Source: Candidatus Caldarchaeum subterraneum
GTDB lineage: Archaea; Thermoproteota; Nitrososphaeria_A; Caldarchaeales; Caldarchaeaceae
DNA length: 24,000 nt
Reading direction: 5' to 3'
NCBI GenBank assembly: GCA_937934305.1
Contig: CALHAG010000009.1
Location: 71,057 to 95,056, forward strand
Part shown: positions 14,104-22,249 of the stretch, piece after piece
Position numbering within the stretch: position 1 is the stretch's first letter
Layout of the letters: every line of letters begins with the position of its first letter
The notes under the pieces: generated by a model
Seen by the model: the letters and a program-made list of their open reading frames with translations, nothing else
Database searches by the model: none
What the model was told of the DNA's origin: nothing
Position numbers and translations under genes: made by a program

Positions 14104-15099
14104 TTGCCGACGAGTCCTGTTTATGGGCGAAGTGGTTTGGAATTGGTCGTTCTCGAGAACGTAACAGCCTCGTATAGTATGCGGCGAGGCCTGATGGGGT
14201 CGCGCTCAGTAAAGGTTGTCGACGGCGTCAGCCTCTCCATATCCGAGAATGAGGCTGTGGCCTTGGTTGGTGAGTCGGGCAGTGGGAAAACAACCGTCGG
14301 GAAACTGAGCATAAGACTTCTCAAACCACTATCCGGCCGAATATTCTACGACGGGTTCGATGTAACCCATTTGCCTGAGAGTAGGCTGGGAAAACTGAGG
14401 CGGGAGACGCGGATGATTTTCCAAGACCCCTACGCAAGCCTCAACCCTTACATGAGTGTGGGAGAGTTTGTGGAGGAACCGCTTCTCGTCCACGGTGTCG
14501 AGGATAAAGCAGAGAGAACTGAAATTGTTTACAAGGCTCTCGAGGATGTGCGGCTCATGCCTCCGCAGGATTTTGCCCAAAAGTATCCTCATATGCTTTC
14601 TGGAGGCCAGCGTCAACGTGTCGCGATAGCCCGAGCAATCGTGTTAAAGCCGAGGTACCTGGTAGCGGATGAGCCTGTCTCGATGATTGATGCATCTAGC
14701 AGGGCTGAGGTGCTTGAAGTGCTTAATACTCTTCGTAAAGGTTACCGCATGGCCATTCTATACATCTCTCATGACCTTGCGACAACGCGCTACTTCGCTG
14801 ACAGGGTTGCGGTTATGTATCTGGGAAGGATTGTGGAGATGGGTGGGATTGAGGAAATTTTGTCTGAGCCTTTGCATCCATACACACAGGGGTTAATAGC
14901 ATCTATCCCCGAGCCGGACCCCCGCAACAGGTTTGTTGAGAGAGAGACTATACAAGGCGAGCTCCCCTCTCCCCAAAACATCCCCAGAGGCTGCAGGTTT
15001 CATCCACGATGTCCTAAGGCCTTTGACCGCTGCCGAGTTGAAGACCCGCCTCTACGTGAAGTGAGAAGGGGTCGTTGGGTGGCCTGTCATCTATACTGA
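14104..15099 (+). CDS. ABC transporter ATP-binding protein, oligopeptide/dipeptide (OppF/DppF) type
   Basis: Walker A GESGSGKTT, signature LSGGQRQR, Walker B LVADEPVSMID and H-loop ISHDL are present. So is the Opp-type C-terminal extension HPYTQGL...GCRFHPRCP. The start is TTG 14104, or TTG 14137 giving MELVVLENV. Confidence 0.85.
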   Translation: MPTSPVYGRSGLELVVLENVTASYSMRRGLMGSRSVKVVDGVSLSISENEAVALVGESGSGKTTVGKLSIRLLKPLSGRIFYDGFDVTHLPESRLGKLRRETRMIFQDPYASLNPYMSVGEFVEEPLLVHGVEDKAERTEIVYKALEDVRLMPPQDFAQKYPHMLSGGQRQRVAIARAIVLKPRYLVADEPVSMIDASSRAEVLEVLNTLRKGYRMAILYISHDLATTRYFADRVAVMYLGRIVEMGGIEEILSEPLHPYTQGLIASIPEPDPRNRFVERETIQGELPSPQNIPRGCRFHPRCPKAFDRCRVEDPPLREVRRGRWVACHLY

Positions 15100-15771
15100 C
15101 GTGCTTGACGCGGGTTTATCTTCTTCTGTGTGTTGTTTGTAACGGCTTTTCAACGCCTCGGTTGCTGCGTGTCCTGTGTAGAGTAGGGCCGCCGCCAAAA
15201 TAGCTAGACCCGCCGCCGTCCATGGAGCCTTCTCCACCTCAACCCTCTCCGTGTCAAAAACTGTGACAAGCTTTTCCGAGACCACGGTGTTAGTGTTGAA
15301 GACATGCGTTGTCACTGTTTCGGTAACCCGCTCGGTCACAACAGCCGTAACCGTCTGTGTAACCGTTTTGGGCCTGATAACCGAGACCGTGAGTGAATAG
15401 ACGCCTGAAGAGTCTCCGAAGCCGAGCACAACAATGTAGTGAGGCCCTTTTTCCACGGCCGTGTATTCAACAGCGTCGGTCAAACCAGTGGCGCGTACAC
15501 TTTGTCCAACAATTTCCCTAATTGGGTTGAGAAGGTAGAGGTCAAAATCCTGGTTGGAGGCCATCCGCACCTTTGCGACCAGTATGTCTCCCGGCTCAAG
15601 CGGTATCTTGAAAAAATGTATCTCGCCTGGGGCGAGGGCGAACGTGTATGAGCCAGGTGTAAGCTCTAGAGCCGAGCTAAACCCTGTTCCCGGAACCAAC
15701 TCCTGCCCAGAAGCAGAAGAGGTAAACATCAGAGCCAGAAGCCAAGCTGCTAGAACTATTCTCGGAACCAC
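15091..15771 (-). CDS. Secreted, membrane-anchored protein with pre-peptidase C-terminal (PPC)-like beta-sandwich domain
   Basis: It has a signal peptide (MVPRIVLAAWLLALMFTSSASGQ) and a PPC-like pattern (ALELTPGSYTF...HFFKIPLEPGDILVAKV...DFDLYLL...GPHYIVVLGF...GVYSLTV). A Thr/Val-rich stalk (TVTQTVTAVVTERVTETVTTHV) and a C-terminal TM helix follow. The start is GTG. Confidence 0.6.
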   Translation of the reverse strand: MVPRIVLAAWLLALMFTSSASGQELVPGTGFSSALELTPGSYTFALAPGEIHFFKIPLEPGDILVAKVRMASNQDFDLYLLNPIREIVGQSVRATGLTDAVEYTAVEKGPHYIVVLGFGDSSGVYSLTVSVIRPKTVTQTVTAVVTERVTETVTTHVFNTNTVVSEKLVTVFDTERVEVEKAPWTAAGLAILAAALLYTGHAATEALKSRYKQHTEEDKPASSTSV

Positions 15772-15793
15772 GTCTTCAACCCGACGCGACCAC

Positions 15794-15801
15794 GTTTAAA
15801 C
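15794..15801 (-). promoter_or_regulatory. TATA-like palindrome GTTTAAAC for the PPC-domain gene
   Basis: It is centred 26.5 nt upstream of the GTG start at 15771. It is preceded by AC, as is the partner box at 15834. Confidence 0.45.
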
Positions 15802-15833
15802 ATTGCTCTACCTAGTCGAGTGTTGGGAAAAAC

Positions 15834-15841
15834 GTTTAATC
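15834..15841 (+). promoter_or_regulatory. TATA-like box GTTTAATC for the BNR-propeller/SBP operon
   Basis: It is centred 26.5 nt upstream of ATG 15864 and is the same 8-mer as at 53-60. Confidence 0.5.
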
Positions 15842-15863
15842 CAATAGTTTAACATGTTTATCC

Positions 15864-18053
15864 ATGCGTTTTGGAGCACTAGTCCTGGTTCTGCTTCTTT
15901 CTGCTGGCTTAGCAATTCCTCTAGGCTTTGGTGCTGAATGGGGTGAGGAGTTTGCGGAACGCGGGCCCTCTTCGAAGCTCTTGACCACCTCTGATATGCT
16001 GGGGGAAAGAATTTCTGGGGGCGCAGCCTACAGGCTTGGAGCCGAGTTTAAGGAGAGAGAGTTTGAGGGATTTATTCTTCCTACGGTGACCGATGCGGCG
16101 AAGCCGATGGGACCCTTGATAAACATACCCTACCGCTCGCCGACTGCGAAATTCAGCCGAAACATAATGTTGACCTATGACATCGGCAACAGGCCTTACC
16201 AGAACGAGCCACATGTCGCCGTAAACCCCAACAACCCTGACCACATCGTCGTCGTGTCACATGACTTCGACGTATCCTGCGCCGTCTCATATGTGAGCTT
16301 CGACGGAGGTGAGACATGGAGGGGCCCAGGCATGCCTTCGCCGGGTCCGGAGGACACTTTTTGCAGCGACCCTGTCGTCGACTTTGGCAGAGATGGAACG
16401 GTCTATTACACGCTTCTCTCGATAGGGGCAAGGCCCTTGAGGATAGGGCGGCTGCTTTACGAGACCGAGGTGGCAAGCGTAACCGTCTCAGTATCCAAGG
16501 ACGGTGGACTCAGCTGGAGCTCTCCCTTAATTGCCTCACGTGGTAGAGTTGTCCCACAAGTTGACAGAGCCTCTGTCTCGTTCTTGGACAAGCCGTGGAT
16601 GGATGTGGGGCCCGACAAAAACGACCCGGCGAAAGACGCGATATACGTCACATACACAGAGTTCAGAATCATATATCCATTCCTTGACTTTTACCCCTTC
16701 GTAGGCGAGCCGACCATCGAGGTTTCGATAAAACTTGTCAAGTCAACGGATGGAGGATTGACATGGACATCGCCCGTGGCTGTCAGCCCCGTTTTCAGCG
16801 GGTTGGCAGGTGACGAGGATGCCAGGCTCGTTCAAGGAAGCCACGTCCACGTAGCAGAAGACGGAACAGTTTACGTGGCATACTATGATTCCCTCGACGA
16901 CGGACCTTTCAAGGGATTGTTCACACCCATGGTTACAGTTTCAAGAGACGGGGGGAGAACCTGGTCAAAACCCTCGCCGGTGATACCTGGCGGCACATGG
17001 GAACAGCCATTCTTCCTCACACCCACCTACTTCAGGTCATGGTCCTCTATGTTTCCCGTTCTAAAGACTAATCCAGCAAACAGCAACGAGGCCTATATCG
17101 TTTTCGGAGCCGTGGGAGCTAATCCCGGCGACCTTTCCGACATCTACTTCTCAAAATCAGTTGACGGCGGAGCCACTTGGTCAAAGCCTAAGAGAATAAA
17201 CGATGATTTGACGCAGAGAAACCAGTTCTTCCCCACGATGGCCGTCTCACCCAACGGAACAATCCACATAATGTGGGGAGACATGCGAGACGACCCCGAT
17301 AACTACCGCTACCACATATACTACACACGTTCAACGGACGGCGGGACGACATTCATGGAGAACTCACGGGTGACCGATTATCCCTCAAACCCAGCCTACG
17401 GAATACCTCAGTTTGTCGGAGACTATTGGGGAATAGCGGCGACCAACACAGATGTTTACATGGTTTGGACGGATTCGCGAGCAGGGTTCCGCGGAGCACC
17501 TAACCAGGACATCGGATTCGCGAGACAGAGGCCCGTCAAGTCTCCCAGCATTTTCACAAGCCCGCCGCAGGGCCCCGCCGGACAGGTGATAACCATCATC
17601 GGAGACGGGTTTGCTCCTCGTCAGCGCGAGGTCTTCATAGAGTTTGATGGAGTTGTGGTCTCGTCTTTCGCAACAGATTCGGTAGGCAGATTCACCGCAA
17701 CCATTTACATACCCGTATCCGGCGAAGGAGCTCACCTCATCAGAGCCATAGACGTGCTGGGAAACGTTGCCGAAGCAACCTACTATACAAGCTTCGGCTT
17801 CAACAACATCAACGACCAGCTAAGGGCCGCAAGGGATGAGGTGATTAAATCAGTCGAGGAAAAACTGTCAACACTCACGCCATCGATAGAGGTGGACAAG
17901 CTAGCCGACGCCGTCGCCGAAAGGCTGAAACCTCAGCTAAGCCAAACAAGCTCCAGCCCCATACTGGACATAGTTCTTGGACTGGCGATAGTTGCGCTTG
18001 CAGCAGCCCTAGTAAGCTTGGCGATATCCGCTAGAAGGGAGAGGAAGGCATGA
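15864..18053 (+). CDS. Secreted, C-terminally membrane-anchored BNR/Asp-box beta-propeller protein (sialidase-like fold) with Ig-like domain
   Basis: It has a signal peptide and six Asp-boxes: SFDGGETW (aa 145), SKDGGLSW (211), STDGGLTW (294), SRDGGRTW (360), SVDGGATW (432) and STDGGTTF (490). An IPT/Ig-like segment follows (GQVITIIGDGF...RFTATIYIP), then a C-terminal TM helix with tail ARRERKA. Confidence 0.8.
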   Translation: MRFGALVLVLLLSAGLAIPLGFGAEWGEEFAERGPSSKLLTTSDMLGERISGGAAYRLGAEFKEREFEGFILPTVTDAAKPMGPLINIPYRSPTAKFSRNIMLTYDIGNRPYQNEPHVAVNPNNPDHIVVVSHDFDVSCAVSYVSFDGGETWRGPGMPSPGPEDTFCSDPVVDFGRDGTVYYTLLSIGARPLRIGRLLYETEVASVTVSVSKDGGLSWSSPLIASRGRVVPQVDRASVSFLDKPWMDVGPDKNDPAKDAIYVTYTEFRIIYPFLDFYPFVGEPTIEVSIKLVKSTDGGLTWTSPVAVSPVFSGLAGDEDARLVQGSHVHVAEDGTVYVAYYDSLDDGPFKGLFTPMVTVSRDGGRTWSKPSPVIPGGTWEQPFFLTPTYFRSWSSMFPVLKTNPANSNEAYIVFGAVGANPGDLSDIYFSKSVDGGATWSKPKRINDDLTQRNQFFPTMAVSPNGTIHIMWGDMRDDPDNYRYHIYYTRSTDGGTTFMENSRVTDYPSNPAYGIPQFVGDYWGIAATNTDVYMVWTDSRAGFRGAPNQDIGFARQRPVKSPSIFTSPPQGPAGQVITIIGDGFAPRQREVFIEFDGVVVSSFATDSVGRFTATIYIPVSGEGAHLIRAIDVLGNVAEATYYTSFGFNNINDQLRAARDEVIKSVEEKLSTLTPSIEVDKLADAVAERLKPQLSQTSSSPILDIVLGLAIVALAAALVSLAISARRERKA

Positions 18054-20566
18054 AAAAAGCGTTGACCATCCTGCTGTTGTTGATGTTGTCCACTGTCTCC
18101 GCATGGGGTCAAGAATATAGACCGCCCCATGATAAGCCCGGTCCAGCGACCGATGTCATCAGGGTGAGAGCTTATGCCGAGGAGATTGCGCCGCAGGTCC
18201 TTGAGAGAGGCGACATCGACCTTTATCTCTACAACATGAGGGTTTCTCGTGTCCAAGCTCTTGAAAACAACCCGGGCATAAAGATTGTGAAAGCGCCTTC
18301 ACTGCTTCTCTCAATCATCCTCAACCCCGCCCCCGACCCAACTGGGCTAAACCCCTTCAGCATAAAAGAGGTGCGTCAGGCCTTCCAATACCTCGTAAAC
18401 AGAGACTACGTCGTCAAAGAACTCTATAGAGGATATGCTTCACCCATGACAACACCTCTCTCACCCTACGACTACGACTACGCACAGTTCTTCGAATCAA
18501 TCCTGGAGGCGGGAATAAGGTATGACCCAGAGTACGCCAACCGACTAATCACGGGCGCGTTGACCTCCGCGGGTGCGGAGAAGAGGGATGGCAAATGGTT
18601 TTACAGGGACAAGCCTGTATCGGTTAAGTTCGTGATTAGGACGGAGGATGAGCGGCGGGAGCTCGGAGACCTTGTCGCCTCTGAGCTTGAGAAAATAGGC
18701 TTTACCGTAGAGAGAATTTATCTCCCCTTTGCACAAGCCATCGCACGAGTATACACAACCGACCCGGCAGAGTTCACGTGGCATCTTTACACCGAGGGAT
18801 GGGGGCGAGGGGCACTTGAGAAATATGACTCCACATCAATCAACCAGTTCTGCGCCCCGTGGCTTGGCAACATGCCAGGCTGGCAAGAGTTTGGCTTCTG
18901 GCAATACAGAAACCCATTGCTTGACGACCTTGGGCAACGGATTTTCAAGGGCCAGTACAGCGGAAAGGAGGAGAGAAACCAGCTCTATCTCCGGGCCCTA
19001 AGCGAATGCATTTCGGAAAGTGTTAGAGTCTGGGTGGCGGTGGTTCTACAGAGCACACCAATGAAAGCCGAGGTACGAGGTGTCTCTGAGGACCTTGCGG
19101 CGGGTGCGAGAGGTCTGTGGACTTTCCGTGAAGCACACATACCGGGCAAGGATGTTCTGAACGTGGGGCATCTCTGGGTGTGGACGCCGAGAACTGTCTG
19201 GAACCCTGTGGGAGGGTTTGGCGACGTCTACAGCGCCGACCTGTGGAGAGCTGTCTCCGACCCCTCGATAACACGTCACCCATTCACTGGTCTGCCGATG
19301 CCTTTCCGAGCAAGCTACACAGTTGAGACAGCCGGGCCCTCGGGGACGCTCAAGGTTCCACCAGATGCATTTGTCTGGGACCCTGTTTCGAAAACTTGGA
19401 AAAACGTGGCCCCTGGCACGGTTGCCGTCAGCAAAGTAACCTTCGACTACAGCCTCTACACCTCGTCCAAGTGGCATCACGGCATCCCCATAACCATGGC
19501 TGACATCCTCTACAGAATATATCAGACCTTCGACTTGGCTTATGATGAGACAAAGAGCAGGATAGAATTCGCAATAGCGTACACGTCGAGACCTATTCTT
19601 GAGACATTCAAAGGCTTCCGCATAGTCGGGGACAGTTCACTGGAGGTCTATGTAGATTATTGGAACTTTGAGCCAGACTACATCGCCGAATACGCCGATG
19701 TCTTCGGCGGGGGCATGCCTTGGGAGCTGTTGGCGGTCTCGGATGAACTTGTCTTCAACAGACGGCTTGTAACATATAGCGACACAGCGGCGGCCCGTTT
19801 CAGGGTGGACCAGCTCAACCTCGTTCTCCGCGAGCAGGTCAGCTTGGTAAAAACCGCTTTGAACGACTTCATCACACGCAACATCTTTCCCGCGAACGTC
19901 TTCACCGTCGGCGACAAGCGATACGAGACCTTGGAAAATGCGCAGACAAGATACAGGGCTCTACTCAACTGGGTCAACACCTACAACCTCGCAGTGGTCA
20001 GCAACGGGCCCTACATCCTCGCAGCATTTGACCCCGCCTCACAGTTCGCAGAACTGAGAGCCTACCGAGACCCATCATACCCATTCAAACCAGGTAAATG
20101 GTTCTTCGGAGCTGTGGAGAAGCCGAGGATAACGAGGATACAGGACTCCGTGGTTGTTGGTGCCGACTCCGTGGTCACTGTTTCTGTGGCTGGACCCGAC
20201 GACACAGCTGTGGCCTACAGGATTGTCGACGCCGTTTCGGGGAAGACGATAGCCTCGGGGAGAGAGCGAGCCATGGGCGGAAAGATAGAGATAAGATTGC
20301 CATCCACAGTCACATCCACTCTTACTCCCGGGCTGCTGGAGCTTGGGATGGTGGTGTACAGCGACAAAGTAGCTCAATCCTTCAACGTTGTAGAGAAACT
20401 GGAGGTCAGGAGAACAGCGGCAACCCAAACAATCACTACAACACCCATAGCCACCACAACACAGCAACCAACGGAACAGCCCAGCATCCCGACATGGCTG
20501 GTGATAGCTGTGGTGGGCGTAGCAGTTGTAGTCGCCGCAGCATTCATACTTACACGAAGACGCTAA
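18050..20566 (+). CDS. ABC transporter substrate-binding protein, family 5 (Opp/Dpp class), extended and membrane-anchored
   Basis: It has a signal peptide (MKKALTILLLLMLSTVSAWGQ) and the family-5 core pattern (IKIVKAPSLLLSIILNPAP...NPFSIKEVRQAFQYLVNRDYVVKELYRGYASP). An extra beta-rich domain, a Thr-rich linker (TAATQTITTTPIATTTQQPTEQPS) and a C-terminal TM helix with an RRR tail follow. The ATG overlaps the upstream stop (ATGA at 18050-18053). Confidence 0.75.
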   Translation: MKKALTILLLLMLSTVSAWGQEYRPPHDKPGPATDVIRVRAYAEEIAPQVLERGDIDLYLYNMRVSRVQALENNPGIKIVKAPSLLLSIILNPAPDPTGLNPFSIKEVRQAFQYLVNRDYVVKELYRGYASPMTTPLSPYDYDYAQFFESILEAGIRYDPEYANRLITGALTSAGAEKRDGKWFYRDKPVSVKFVIRTEDERRELGDLVASELEKIGFTVERIYLPFAQAIARVYTTDPAEFTWHLYTEGWGRGALEKYDSTSINQFCAPWLGNMPGWQEFGFWQYRNPLLDDLGQRIFKGQYSGKEERNQLYLRALSECISESVRVWVAVVLQSTPMKAEVRGVSEDLAAGARGLWTFREAHIPGKDVLNVGHLWVWTPRTVWNPVGGFGDVYSADLWRAVSDPSITRHPFTGLPMPFRASYTVETAGPSGTLKVPPDAFVWDPVSKTWKNVAPGTVAVSKVTFDYSLYTSSKWHHGIPITMADILYRIYQTFDLAYDETKSRIEFAIAYTSRPILETFKGFRIVGDSSLEVYVDYWNFEPDYIAEYADVFGGGMPWELLAVSDELVFNRRLVTYSDTAAARFRVDQLNLVLREQVSLVKTALNDFITRNIFPANVFTVGDKRYETLENAQTRYRALLNWVNTYNLAVVSNGPYILAAFDPASQFAELRAYRDPSYPFKPGKWFFGAVEKPRITRIQDSVVVGADSVVTVSVAGPDDTAVAYRIVDAVSGKTIASGRERAMGGKIEIRLPSTVTSTLTPGLLELGMVVYSDKVAQSFNVVEKLEVRRTAATQTITTTPIATTTQQPTEQPSIPTWLVIAVVGVAVVVAAAFILTRRR

Positions 20567-21303
20567 CCCTCCAAAACCCTGCTCAAAGAGTCGATATGAG
20601 CGATAACCGTGAGCAAAATCTCTTCCCGAAGCTGGTTCACTGCGTTGTTATACTCCTCCACACCGGGCGGCGCGTTAAGAAGCCAATCGATATAAAGTGG
20701 ACACCATCTGATAAGCTCGTCACGCGTAACATCGGTTAACTGAGGAAACTGCTCAACCCAGTCATAGTAGAGGTCGAGGTTGTCTAAGATTTTGTCAACT
20801 GTTAGCACGAGGTTGGGGTCACTCTTCACGGCGAGGGCCCTTGTCTCGTTCCAATACTCTCTATCACCCTCCCTTGTTCCCGGAGGCTCGCTCCTCAACC
20901 AGCTTATCAAAACCCTATCATTCTCAAGAAGGGCCATCACGTTTTTGATTGATTCCATGCTGCTTCGCAGGTTTTTCAACTCGGTGTTGGCCGCCTCAAG
21001 CTGTGAGGAAAGTTGATTCAAGCGGTTCTCAAGTAAATTTATCCTTTCGGAAAATTGTTGAGCCCTGTTTTCAGCGGTTTGCAGGGATGTCTGTAGGCTG
21101 CTCAAGTCGGAGCGTAGCCTGTTGACTGTGTTCTCGGCTTCGCTGAGACGGGATTGTAGTTCAAGGTTTTCGGCTCTCATATCATCTAGAAGCTTTTGAT
21201 ATCTTGCCTCGGTTTCGCCTAAAACAAAGCTGTAGGCGACAGCTGCGGCGGCAGCTCCCGCAAACAGCGAGACAACCACAACGGCTACGAGAAAGGTTTT
21301 CAT
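20563..21303 (-). CDS. Membrane-anchored coiled-coil protein, unknown function
   Basis: It has an N-terminal signal-anchor (MKTFLVAVVVVSLFAGAAAAAVA) and about 110 aa of heptad-like Leu/Asn/Ser/Gln-rich sequence (RLSEAENTVNRLRSDLSSLQTSLQTAENRAQQF...). The C-terminal domain is W/Y-rich and helical. The ORF also opens at GTG 21315. Confidence 0.6.
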   Translation of the reverse strand: MKTFLVAVVVVSLFAGAAAAAVAYSFVLGETEARYQKLLDDMRAENLELQSRLSEAENTVNRLRSDLSSLQTSLQTAENRAQQFSERINLLENRLNQLSSQLEAANTELKNLRSSMESIKNVMALLENDRVLISWLRSEPPGTREGDREYWNETRALAVKSDPNLVLTVDKILDNLDLYYDWVEQFPQLTDVTRDELIRWCPLYIDWLLNAPPGVEEYNNAVNQLREEILLTVIAHIDSLSRVLEG

Positions 21304-21325
21304 GATGTCTACCACCTTCTAACCC

Positions 21326-21346
21326 TGTTTATAAAAGTTTTTAAAC
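21326..21346. promoter_or_regulatory. AT-rich divergent promoter region TGTTTATAAAAGTTTTTAAAC
   Basis: It contains TTTTATAAAC on the minus strand, about 27 nt from ATG 21303, and GTTTTTAAAC on the plus strand, about 40-50 nt from the ATGs at 21383 and 21392. Confidence 0.35.
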
Positions 21347-21391
21347 AACTGCGAAAAAACACGTCGGATAAGTGTCTCATCGATGGAGAAG

Positions 21392-22249
21392 ATGCAGCGT
21401 ATTGTTCCTCATCTATGGTTTGATTCGAATGCCAGGGATGCTGCCGAGTTCTATGCAACGGTTTTCCCATTTTCACATATTGTTGCATCAATGGTGTTGC
21501 CCAACACCCCATCAGGCGATGCAGAACTTATCTGGTTCAAAATCAACGGTTACAAGTTTATAGCCATAAACGGAGGCCCTTACTTCTCTTTCAACCCTTC
21601 GATCTCCTTCGTGGTCAACTTCTCAGGATACTCCGAAAAAATCGTTGAATCTGTTTGGGAGAGGTTGGCTGAGAAGGGAAATGTTTTGATGCCCCTAGAT
21701 GATTATCCTCCGCTGGGTAAGTATGGCTGGGTCGAGGATAGATTCGGGCTTTCGTGGCAGGTTGTTTTGCCGGTTGAAAAATGGGTAGACGCATTCATAG
21801 TTCCACATCTACTCTTCAAAGGCAAGACGAAGCAAGCGAGCGAATTTTACATCTCCGTATTCAAGAACTCGAGACAGGGACAACTATCAAGCCTGTTCGA
21901 GGGGAAATCAATTTTCACAGAATTCATGCTTGAGGGCCAGTGGTTCTCGGCATCGGACCGCGGCGTATCAATTGATTTTTCCTTCAACGAGTCTGTCTCT
22001 TTCATGATTTACTGCGAAACACAAAATGAAATCGACTATTACTGGGAGAGTCTCTCGGCTGTGCCGGAGGCTGAGCAATGCGGCTGGCTCAAGGACAAGT
22101 ATGGAGTGTCATGGCAGGTTGTCCACAGAGACATGGATAAGATGCTGCAGAGCGGCAGCCCACGGCAGGTAATGGCTTTGACCCAGATGATACTGAAGAT
22201 GAAGAAGCTAGATATTGCCAGGCTGTATGATTGTTTCAAGACTGCTTAG
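21392..22249 (+). CDS. Tandem VOC/PhnB-like (3-demethylubiquinone-9 3-methyltransferase domain, glyoxalase fold) protein
   Basis: Two repeats are visible: IVPHLWFDSNARDAAEFYATVF...DRFGLSWQV and IVPHLLFKGKTKQASEFYISVF...DKYGVSWQV. The ORF opens at ATG 21383. ATG 21392 is preceded by GGAG and gives the family-typical MQRIVPHLWF. Confidence 0.7.
   Translation: MQRIVPHLWFDSNARDAAEFYATVFPFSHIVASMVLPNTPSGDAELIWFKINGYKFIAINGGPYFSFNPSISFVVNFSGYSEKIVESVWERLAEKGNVLMPLDDYPPLGKYGWVEDRFGLSWQVVLPVEKWVDAFIVPHLLFKGKTKQASEFYISVFKNSRQGQLSSLFEGKSIFTEFMLEGQWFSASDRGVSIDFSFNESVSFMIYCETQNEIDYYWESLSAVPEAEQCGWLKDKYGVSWQVVHRDMDKMLQSGSPRQVMALTQMILKMKKLDIARLYDCFKTA

Noticed and set aside
20098-20739. 213-aa plus-strand ORF overlapping the SBP C-terminus and the coiled-coil gene
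   Set aside because: It is an alternative frame of the well-supported SBP gene and antisense to the coiled-coil gene. The product is Arg/Gly/Cys/His-rich with no domain pattern, so it is a typical shadow ORF.
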